From Oopsacas minuta (Eukaryota > Animalia > Porifera), in the NCBI GenBank assembly GCA_024704765.1, contig JAKMXF010000021.1, positions 1 through 64,000 on the forward strand: a stretch of DNA of 64,000 nt, in the 5' to 3' direction. Positions 14,640 through 26,056 of the stretch are shown here, piece after piece (position 1 is the first letter of the stretch; each line of letters starts with the position of its first letter). A program made the translations under genes and the position numbers. Below the pieces are notes generated by a model that was not told the origin of the DNA, did no database searches, and was given only the letters and a program-made list of their open reading frames with translations.

Positions 14640-15727
14640 GGGAAAATGGTAGCAATCAACTGATCAATACATGTACAAGGAATGTAACCTGATTGTATAT
14701 ATGTGTAAAAATAAGGGTGGATCAGTTGCCCAGTTCGTGTAAACAAACCTCGCATACTACATTCTAGATTATCTATACTGTATTGATTCATAAAGCACAT
14801 TTTCAATCAAATCCATGAAGATTTAGTAGTAACTCTCTAGATTTTGTAATTGTGCTGTTGTCAGTGCTTATGGTCTGGTTATCGTCCAAATTTGAAAAAA
14901 AAAAGTAGTTCGATTATGTCTAGAAATCTGAAAACTTGAAATTGAGTAGTTGAGGGATGGGTTCATGTCGGTGAAAAACGCTATTCGATAGCAAATCTTG
15001 TACAGATGGGAAAATTTGCTCAATTGTTGACAACGGCGATGGTATGATAGCTATCATCGATTGAAGCGATTTTCAGACATATCATTCAAAATCTACAAGA
15101 TTGGTTATCAAAATATTCTAGTGAACAGTTTGTATATTCAGAATTGAGCTCAAAAACTAGAAGAGCATGAGGCTGATTTTGAAATATTTTGAGGTAGTCT
15201 CAGATATGATCAAGTCTTGGAAGAAGATTCAAACCTAAGACGATATTATGACGTAATTATCAACTCTTTGTAATTTGAAAAATTATATTATCAACTACAG
15301 CTCAGATAATAATAAGATGCCAGGTTGCAATTTGAATAACAGGTACCTCATAATTTGTAAATGTCCTGACATAATCATTGGGCCAAATGCTAACTAATCG
15401 TGGAATGAGTAATTCATCACGACTGTACAAAAATCCATCAATTTCTCATACTTAGAATTTTAGATAAATTTTCAATATTCGAGATACAATTTTTTGATAT
15501 TACTAATCAAATGTAATGTATAAGCTCACGTTTACCAAAGAAGGCTAATAAATGGGACTGGTTATATTATGGAAATGAATTTGGTCCAAAATTTCACCTC
15601 GAGGGACGTAGTGCATAGACGTCCAGTCGCGTACCGACAAAAAAAACAAAAGAAATTTAGTGGCATACTTAAGGTAACCAGAGGCACTAAGTAGTTGGGC
15701 AGCGAACTAGCAAGGAATGTGCGCTAG
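14640..15727 (+). mobile_element. Helitron-like family copy, long form with extra 5' sequence
   Basis: Ends ...TAGCAAGGAATGTGCGCTAG|T. Its 3' ~550 bp matches the short copies. Its 5' part (14.7-15.15 kb) is a diverged paralog of 30.65-31.13 kb. Confidence 0.6.
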
Positions 15728-15729
15728 TA

Positions 15730-15900
15730 TCTATACAATGATGAAAGCGATGAATCAATGTATAAATATATGTAGATATATATGTTTGGATGTTTGGATA
15801 TTGTTAAAGAAACTAGAAGACTATAAGAGTTGATTTTTGGTATTGGGCCCTGGCTCGGACAATTTTCAGGGAACGTGGGAAAAAATAATGTAAATTCATT
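15730..15900 (+). mobile_element. 5' end of a further Helitron-like copy abutting the previous 3' end
   Basis: A|TCTATACAATG...TATGTTTGGATG...GAAACTAGAAGA, matching the start at 31421. Confidence 0.5.
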
Positions 15901-18179
15901 TTCAAGTCCAATTGAATAAATAATCTCTCTTAGACTCCAATTGATTAATACTCTTTGGATTCTCAGAAAATAGTAAAAAAAGCTATTTAATCTATTAATA
16001 TTTATCGAGTTTCACGACTACGGGATGCTTTTACGAAGAGAAAATTTTTATAACAATTCTATATCAAATGTGATACAGTTGCTATCTAGGAATTGAGTGT
16101 TTATCTAAAGTTTCTGTCTCTCTAGAGTATTTGATATCGGAATGAGATTTACAGCTTGGGAGAGGAGTTGATCATTCGTTTGAGAGGCGATAAAATGTCG
16201 ATTGGTTGTAAACTGTGTGGAATACAATTTTGGCTATCTAGGTAATTTAGATGTTAGCCTCACTTAAAATAGAGGTCGTTCATACATAGTGAAATGGCAA
16301 ATTGGGCCAGAGTCAAGTTCGGAAATCAAAGTTGAGATAATCGAGGTTGTACTCTATTCGAGCCAAAATGGACCGATTTAGTTACATTAAGAAAAATATA
16401 TTGGCAATTAAATAATAGACTCGTAGTTACAATGATTACCTACCGTGAATAGGATTTAGATTCGTAGCTTTTACCAATACTGTTTTTTACAAGTACAGTC
16501 AAGGTACGCCAACTTGGCATACCTTTCACAATCTGGTGAGAATACAGTGAAGCCAAGAAGGGCGTAAGAATTTACATCGAACCCCGTGAGACCAGTGGCA
16601 CTTCTGAAGATACAGGAAAATTTTGAGGAGATATACCCCGAGAACTGACTGTTATCAAATCACCTCTGACACAAATTGTAAAACTGGACATTGAATAAAT
16701 AGTTATTTGTGAAAACCTTTGAAGATTTCATCGCAATGTTAAGTAATAAATTGAATGTGTAAAACATTTGAAAAGGAAATCACATCATTCCTTAAATTGT
16801 AAATTACTAATGGAAATAAAATGGAAAAAGAATACAGTATTGCAAGAATATAGTAGGCAGAGAAATAACATGTAAAAATGAAAAATAAATAAAAAGTACT
16901 TGAGAAGCCTGTTATCTTCAAGAAATGGATAATAGAATAAGAAAGAAGGTAACAACAAGTTTGAGCAGATTCAGGAAAAATCTTAATTCGGGATTAAATT
17001 CAAATTTAGGAGTCGTGGTGTACAAAAACTGAATTGTCGATTAATAGAATCCACATTTGAATGACAATTTTCAGGATTTCACAATAATATAAATATTGAT
17101 ATTAAGGTCCATAACAGAAATGTTAACTAGGAATTTTCTTTAAATTAAGTTGGATGTAGGGTATGAAAATTGAGTTTGAACTGTCACTATATGTGAATTA
17201 TTTCAATATTTTGAATATTTATGTCGTGGAAATACATTCTGCAGGTTAGCCAGAATGATCATCAATTTGATCATCTATTACTGAGGTAATCAACAATTGA
17301 TTACAGAAAATATTCGTTATCAACAAATTTAATGCTAATAGTTTGCTAGCTCAAACGATTATCATAGAACATTGCAAAATCTGGTAATAATCATTTCTAT
17401 GAACATATTAGTTCTCCAGACCACGTAACTTAAGATCATGTCGCAACGATTATCCTCACTTATCATTCTATATTTATCAACATGAAATGACGCCACGTTT
17501 TGAAGAAAATAAAATGCAAATAACTATTTCAGGTGATCAGAAATTCGTCGGCATTCATGATTTGGGAAGGATTCCACATCGTTTGGGTGGTCACTCGAAT
17601 ATTTTCGGGAATAGGTTATCACTGACAATGTTTGAAAGTCCCAGGAAACTGACCTCATTCCATTATCAAAATTAGTCCTAAATTTATCGAGTGACCCTTT
17701 TCGACGTCGCTAGGCTGAGTTTATTTATAAATATATTGAACATATATAGTACCTTTTGACTAAATTTTACGAGATCCTTCGTAGTGGCCTACAAATTATA
17801 TTCTAATTCTTTGCATATATCTTATAGAAACATCATTTAATGGTCTGGATGTGTGATAAATAATATTTTGTAAAAGAATTTAAAGATGATGGTCAAGGTG
17901 TTCCTCCAAGTTATTTGTAATTAGTACATCAGAAAAAAATAATTAGAATAGTCTACTGACTATGCCTAGGGTGTAGACAGACTCACGCCCACCCACGCCA
18001 TGAAGTGAATGTGCGAGAAGCTGGCATGCTCCTTTGTCCCGCCTGGCTTAGATGGATCACAGGCACTTCCAATTAATAACTATTATAAAATTGGGTGACA
18101 CTGACTTAGAGTTGATTATTGAATATGATAATATGAAACTGAAACTGATAGAACAAGTCAAACGGGAACAATGATGTAG

Positions 18180-18460
18180 TGTTTTCCTTCTGCGCAGTTC
18201 GTATTATAGGAAATTTTCTATCGGTCTACTAGATTCGCAGGGGGCTGAAATGGACGTACATCACACAACATCATCAGTGCGGTCCATATTAAACAGCAAA
18301 TTTAAAAGTGTTATTAGTCACATTCAAAAGAATATACTCAACACAACGTGCCTCGATTTCACCAAAGGTTTCTTTGCCCATGGTTCACCCAAATTTCATT
18401 AATTGGCCTTCTGTAGTGACAGTGGAGATAGTGTAGTTTTGGTTAGTAATCTCGGACATC
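18180..18460 (-). pseudogene. Very degenerate Tc1-like transposase fragment
   Basis: A minus-strand frame gives RPIENFL*YELRRR, resembling Tc1 NPIENLW.ELKRR. No ends found. Confidence 0.3.
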
Positions 18461-21400
18461 AGGTAGTATTGAAATATTTCTAAATTTGGAATTTTGATTT
18501 AGTAGGGTCAAGATGACGTAATAATCCCGTGTTGAGTTAGCTTTTGCTCCAAATCATGAGTTCCTTGAGCATTAGAGAGTATTTATCAATTTACACAAAC
18601 GAACTGATAAGTATCTACGCACTGATCATATAGAAATATTGGATTATAAGTATCTGAACTCATTAATGAGTAAAGAGAAACAACGGCACATTCGCATATG
18701 AAAACAAGGAAAACTTGGCAATTTAAGAGAAGATAATGATATAAACTCTAAGTCTATAATTTATAAATTCATAGACTTAATTGCTTCATTATATAATAGA
18801 GTAGGTGTTGGAACTACAACTAATTGGATTGTGCTAGCAGCACCTAGTCCCTTGGCCTGCGTCAGTTTTCGGAGCTTCATACGTCCCTGACTAAGCAATT
18901 TATAAATTGTAAAATTATAATGGTGAAAATGGGCATAACTCAAACTCTATCAACTGGTAACTCTATAGATTGTGATAGGGAAACACAGGCAATTGTTTAA
19001 CACTATATATGAGTCCTCAGTTAGTGAATTTAGCATAACCATCCTCACGATTTCTATTAAGGAATAATATATCCGGCGCAGTTATTAGTATTCTAATTAT
19101 AAATCTCTGAATAATTAAAAAACATATCGAACATATCCAAGAGTTATTAAATATAATATTTACAATCCCATGCAATACAAATTCAGAAAATGAAATAAGG
19201 TTTGCGTAAGAAATATGAAAAAAATTTGAAGAGAATTGGGAGGACGAAGAGGAAGATCTGAGAAAATCGTGTTAAAAGATACTATCTAAGATAGATAGAT
19301 ATATCCAGTGTTGCCTGCCACATTCCCGGACTTTCCAACATTGTTAGGGAAATAATATAAAGATTCCACATAATTAGTGTGTTTACTCGCGTTTTTCCCA
19401 AATTACGTATAGTGACAAATTTCAGATCAACTAATGGAGTTGTGTGAATATTTACATATTAAAAATGTGTCCCAAGTGTCATTCTAATGTAGCTAAATAG
19501 AGACAAACAAGCAGGGATAATCATTAACCAGATAAATCTTAAACTACATGGTCAATACTTTAGAAAACTAAAATGAAACAAAAAAATTGTTACCAGCAAG
19601 GTTTGGTCACTTTGAAACCAATTTATCATCTAGGCATAAGCAACATGTCTACAAGAGAGCGAATTTCAGCAAATATAACCATAGATGCCGTCTTTCACAC
19701 GTTATTCGTGAGTATTTTCGGAAGGTTTGACTCGGAGTAGTTAAAATCATAGGTTGGCATCTATGATAAATCTCTAGGCCCTCATATATCGTGATACAAA
19801 ATGTACAATGTAGAGACTATACTGAAAGATGGTACGACGCACACCGCAAATATTGTACCCAGTATGCTGCACCTGTGTGACATAATCGTCGTGTTATTCA
19901 TCGAACGAACTGTGAACTTCTTCAAAGTGGCATATACTCTCAGGGGATCAAAAATTACCAAGAATTCCCTTTTCCCCAAAAATGAACTTACCACGTACCT
20001 TTGAATTTGAATTTCGACAAGAATCAAACTTGCCAATTCCAAATATTTTACATAAACTTCCTATGAAATTTCTGAACCTTGAACCACCCTGGAACAAGCA
20101 CTTTCTATGAACTTCTGAAGTTCCGTCCATTTTGGTATGAATCTTTATCGTAATGCTGTAGCAATTAAAACAATATCTGAATTAATGTGTAAATTAAGTA
20201 ACACGTGCCAATAACAGATACTCACCATTATTCTTTTTATGAAAATTCGAGTTGTATAATATAGCACCTCTGTATTTAAGTATATCTGGGATTCTCGAAA
20301 CAAAATTCTTCTTATTCAAGTTAAAGGGAATATCAGATGATAATTGAGTGACCTGAACAATAAATATAGAAATAGATCGTTGTATGGCATAAGTACCAAC
20401 AGTTGCATGTAAACACAAAGTTTCTAGATTGGGTGAAGATTCATTCATGAAGTGAAACATACCTAAACAGTGTACATGATTAAGCAGTAATATCAGTCAG
20501 CATCCGAAAATCAATTTAGATTTGATCATGAGTTTATAGTTGATCTATTGAAATTTCAATCAATTAAATTATAATCAAGCATTAGGCGCATCAAATCAAA
20601 TCCTTCAAATTAATAGAATACATTAAATCCAAATAAATTCTTTTCAAATCCTATTAAATCCTTTCAAATCCAGTCGATGTATTCACAATGAAGCTAAGAA
20701 CGAAAATATTAGTTCTAACTCAAGTCTTGACTAAGGGTTAAGGTTAAATACGTTTTAAATTAGGCACAACATTATCTCCTACGATTGATTCAACATTGAT
20801 TCTTAAAATGAATTGCTTGAGAAAAACCATACATAATGAATTAGTATCGCTCTCGCTTAACTGACAATTTTTTGTTATTTATAATTTCGTTCCTAACCAT
20901 TTTATTGTCCCTATCATGAGCAAATAATGTGACAAAGTATTGAAATAATTTCCTATATGGAGAAAGTTTAAATAGTAGCAAGTATTTTGATCATTGATGG
21001 AAATTCAAGTATACACATCCAGATCAATGAGAGACCGAGAACACATCACATCACTACCGACTAGCCATTGTGGCTTTTGTATTCAGGACATATTTTCTTA
21101 ACTCTAGGAAACCTGAAAACAGCCTTGATGGAGTAACTTACCATATATTACCGACTATCTTTGGAAATTATTGAAGAACACACTTGAAAACCTTGGTCAC
21201 ATAGATCTCGGATAGGAGCACAATTTACGATTGATACCAATATCAAAATATTCTGACTCACAATTTGATCAAAAAGAATCCATTTCTGTATCTTATCTAA
21301 GTATATAATACACTACAGGGCCGCAGGTACCAGTTGGGTTTGTACGACGCTCGCACCAACAAGCTGTATCACTTTCCATTAATACAGATGATGAGATCTG

Positions 21401-22596
21401 AATATTGCGCACGGATACAACATTCCTGGCCACTTCAATAAATTATACTTCTACTTCCGTTATGAAATTGCTTGTCTCAGGGAATCACTCAAAGTATGGA
21501 ATTTATTGGGAATTCACGAAGGAGAAATAGTATGAAGCAGGTTTAGTAGCGGTTAGCATATAAGGCAAATATGTTGCCAATGGTGCATCTTCCAAAATGG
21601 AGCTTCCCCATTACTCTATTAGGAAATCTTTTCTTAAAAAACCTTTGTGAAAACAACTCGATTCGAAATGGACATTCACTGTCCTCTTATCCCCTCAAAA
21701 GAAATTACAGATTTTGGAAATACAAGTTGTTCGGGCTGCAACATTTGGAAATCTGGTAAATCTACTCTCAACTCTCAGTATCTCGCAGAAAATTATTACA
21801 GCGTGCATGGGGACCGAAACACTCTCTCTTCACGCATGGCTTGATTAGGATTTGTATCTCATTCCTGAATAGTAGGGATATAACCTCTCTCACACCTAGG
21901 GCATAACCTTACTGATTAGGAGAGCAATATCCCCCATGAAGAGTAGAAATTTATTCCCTCTAACTACTAAGGGTAGACAGAGGTAGACTCTCCTAAATTA
22001 GGTGGACGAGAGAGAGTCAAACCTTTCCTGGCCCTGATACTTCCGGCGAATATGACTGTATGTAGGAAACTAATTGTTGGGACTATATCAACAATTATTA
22101 TCAATTATCAATTATCATAAACGGGATAAATAATCGCCAGAATGTAGGCTGATTACTTAAACCCACCCAGAATCAAGCGTGCGGCTTGTAGCCAGAGATT
22201 TATAACTAGTTTCTGATAAGGGACAACCGATGGGATTTTGGGGAGTTTTAGATGATTTCACTTAATTATATGCATTGTTAATAACAACCAGGTGTGTGCT
22301 GCTGGAAACATTCCGTGCTCAGGAAGTCAAAATTAAAATGATTCATATTATGGGAATAGAAATACTCGTTAACCACTCCATGTTGATTTCGAACAAATTA
22401 TAATTCTAGTTCAATGATGAAATCTGAGCCATAGTTAAGGGAACTTGAGAAGTTTTCATGTTTGATATGTAACAACAATAATAATATTATACACAGTGCA
22501 ACCCTGACATAATTAAATGGTACATATTTGGTGTTGAAAAATTGAATTACAGGCAGGGAAATACTAATTACTTTGAGGAAAACGTAATGTATTCTA

Positions 22597-23903
22597 CAGG
22601 GTGGGCCACGGGAGTCTGATCAAAAGTAACTTGCTCTCATTTGAAAACAAAAATAAAACTTAATTCTGTAAAAGGATTTTTAAAATATAGATAATTAGTT
22701 TTATGAATACATCATCCTTTCCTCTTCAGCCATTAATCAGGTGCTCGATCCATGACCCTTTCCTACCCAGCACTCTATGTAGACTGACAAGCTCGTTATC
22801 ATACACTTTAGCCAGAGTTTCTCCATTAATCTTCCTGATTTCTCTCCTGATGACCTTCTTGAAGTCCTCTAGTGTCTTAGGAACAGGATCCCTGTACACA
22901 ACTGACTTCAGGTAGCCCCACAGGTAAAAATCGCAAGGATTAAGGTTCGGGGAATATGGGGACGAGAAGTTGTCAAATCCATGACCAATCATCCTGTCAC
23001 AAAACTTCTCTTGTAGCCAGTCCCTAACTAAATTAGCATAGTGTGGGGGTGCTACATCCTGATGGAAAGTAATAGCATTCAGTTCACCATGTCTCCTGAT
23101 GTTGGGAAGGTAGGATCCTTTCAGCATTTCCAGGTATCTCCACCGGTTCATCGTACAGGTTTTACCATCCTCATCTTCAAAAAAGTAGGGGCCTATGTTC
23201 CGGTCATGGGCAACCGCACACCAAACAATTCTGGGCAATAAGTTCCGGCTTCCCCACTCCCCAGAACCTCATGTTCTGCTTGTTAACATGTCCTGAAAGA
23301 TGAAAGTTTGCCTCGTCAGACCAATGAACTTCAGTGATCTTCAAAAGTTTTCCTCAATCTTCTTGGAAATGTACGTGACAAATTGGACCCTCTTCTTCTG
23401 ATTTGATGCATTTTACTTTTGTTGATCTGTATTTATAAGGAAAGGCTCCAATGTCATCATTAAGGATCCTCTTCTCTAAGCCTCTACTGATTGCAGTCTC
23501 TGCAGATAGCCTTCTTGTTGCGCGATGGGGTGAATCTGCCAGTTTCTTCTTGATTTTTTGAATGTTTTCAGGGGTTCTAACAGTCTTCTTGGGTCTCTTT
23601 CGTTTTCTATCCCCTACCGTACCATCCTCCTCCATCCTCTTGACAATATTCATGATTGTGTTCCTTGCAGGAGCCTTTAATGTCATGTATGCACCTTGAA
23701 AGCTCGTTGGACCGAAATAACACTTCACCCGTTTACAATATACCAGTAGAGTAACTTCACTTTAACACCCTGCTGGAGCGACATTACATAAACCTAGGAG
23801 TAGTTTGGTTAGTATTTTTTAAAATGGTGAACCACGGAAGTCTGACAAAAATTGCACGTGCTAAAGCAATTTACATTTGATCAGTCTTCCGTGGGTCACC
23901 CTG
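22597..23903 (-). mobile_element. rosa-type (DD41D) IS630-Tc1-mariner transposon, full length
   Basis: TIRs CAGGGTG(GG/AC)CCACGG(G/A)AG(T/A)CTGATCAAA with TA duplication at 22595-6 and 23904-5. 41 residues lie between QD(VAPPH) and the D of NPCDF. Confidence 0.92.
22726..23728 (-). pseudogene. DD41D transposase, frameshifted
   Basis: N-terminal ORF has GTVGDRKRKRPKKTVRTPENI. C-terminal ORF has VWCAV..IGPYFFE, HQD.APPH and CDFYLWGYLKSVVY. Confidence 0.9.
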
Positions 23904-24634
23904 TAGATAAAGGTCATTAAGTACTGATGATCTAAATAATAGTGACTCAATAATATATATCTATGGAAGTAAAACGCAATAAATATCTGCGTATATGTAT
24001 GTAGGACCAGAATTGATTGAAGAAACTGGAAGGATCCCCAACGAGTGAGTATTAGCAAACAGGGACACTTTAACCTGCGTCGGATAAGATCGAATCTTGG
24101 ACGAAAATTTACACCTAAGCAAAAGTAACCATTCAGCCAATATACACAGGGCTGTAGCCATGAAATACAAGTGGTCAGGTTGAATACAGCACAAACAAGA
24201 CAAAATGGTTGGGTTAATATGTACAACTGCCGCCGTATTCACTAAGCATACTTAGTACTTAAGTATGTACTTAACTAAGTACATACTTAAGTATCACTTA
24301 TATTCATGAATTTGTGAGTTTCTGATGGATTGCTTTACAGAATTACTTTCAATCATTCAGGAATATATTTTCAAAACTTTCATGGTTTATGCATGATCTC
24401 ACGATAATATTGTGGTTTACGTTCATGAAATACTTCACAAATAATGTTACAAGGAATTCCTCGAACGCTTATGATATAACATATCTGTTACTAAGGAATG
24501 CATTACTTTGTATGTAATGTTAAATACTATCATTCTGAATTATACATTCCAAGTTACACTAATGACTGTTTTGCTAAATACAATTATGATCAAATATAAT
24601 ATATATATATATTCCAGTATTTTAATATAAACAA

Positions 24635-25679
24635 ATGGCACAGATGATTCCTCGATTTCTCGCAGAAGAAGAAACCTCTTCCTCAATGGCACGTCAACAA
24701 GTTTTCAGGGATCTCAATGATCCCCTAGATTGTTATGATGATATGGAACTTGTTCGACGTTTCCGTTTCTCTAGAGTTTCAATATCTAAAATTACAGAGG
24801 TGATAGCTAACTATTTGAATTTCACCGAGCGTTCTTGTGCTGCTTCCCCTCACTTGCAAGTTTGTGTGGCACTTCAATTTTTCGCTCTGGAACGTTCCAG
24901 ATAATTTGTGGAGATGGGATAAACGTAAGCCAAGCTTCTGCCTCTCGCTATATCCGAGATGTTTCTCTGGGTTTGCAAGCTATATATTATCAGTTTGTTA
25001 GTTTGCCTGCTGGTCTCAAGAGGGTAGAAGTCAAAAACAAGTTTTATGAAATTGCTCACTTTCCAGGCGTAGTAGGATTAGTTGACGGAACACACATACG
25101 AATCCAAAGACCCTCGGAAAATGAAGCAGATTATATAAATCGGCATTTTACCATTCAATTAATGTCCAAGCTATTTGCCAACCAGATGGAATGTTTAGTG
25201 ATGTATTGGCACGTTTTCCTGGGTCTGTTCACGATTCACGGATTTGGAAGATTTCAGGTGTTGGAATGCATGTTGAAAATACCTTTTCAATAGGGGAGCA
25301 TATATTAGGAGATAGCGGTTACATGATGAGGCCATATTTACTCACTCCTTATCGCCAACCAATATCTACTCCCCAATTTAACTACAACTATGCACATAAG
25401 AGGACAAGGGTTATTGTTGAACAGACATTTGGGCGATGGAAACGAAGATTCCATTGTCTTCATGGAGTGCTCAGGATGAGTCCAGATAAAGTTTGCTCCA
25501 TCATAGTTGCTTGTGCAGTATTGCATAACATAGCAATACAGTGGAAACAACCTCTCTTAGAAGATGAAGTCTCCGATGATTCCTATCCGGATGATGTTCT
25601 TGACTTTGAAGAAACTGTTGGGCATTTGGCATCAAAGCATTACAGGGATCAATTTTCTATTCATAATTTCAGCAACTAA
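24635..25679 (+). pseudogene. Harbinger (HARBI1-like) DDE transposase, frameshifted
   Basis: Motifs RRFRFSR, LQVCVALQFF, GLVDGTHIRIQRP, PGSVHDSRIW, LGDSGY and RVIVEQTFGRWKRRFHCL across three frames. Confidence 0.93.
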
Positions 25680-26056
25680 ATTCACATAGCATATATGTTG
25701 TGATGTAGATATGTAAACATTTTGCACAGTTAGTGATTATAAGGTAACATGGAAATGGTAGTTTTGAAACATCTAAGTAGGGTGGTGGTCTTTGTAGTTG
25801 GGATATTTATTTGTGAAATGTATCAAGTATCGCACTTGAATTGGGAGCTAGTTGTTGCATTATGAAAACTATAAATTGGTGGCGGTTATTGATATTCCAA
25901 AGCAAGAGTAAGGACAAAGGTCGCAAAATAAATTAGACAGAGGAGGAATATACACTCATTGAGGCAATCCAGGATGCTGGAGATATATTGAGAGGTACTG
26001 CTGGTCAGTGCGCGGAGATAAACAAAAAAGGAAGGGCTTTGGAACAATGTTATGAG

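Noticed and set aside
4230-16700. TGA reassignment (frames near 4260 and 16530 read through TGA)
   Set aside because: Transposases in the window use TGG for conserved Trp and end in TGA, and stops of all three types are scattered as expected for decay.
19800-19880. Kunitz-like reading (CRDYTERWYDAHRKYCTQY)
   Set aside because: It lacks the YGGC and terminal cysteines, and the frame stops soon after.
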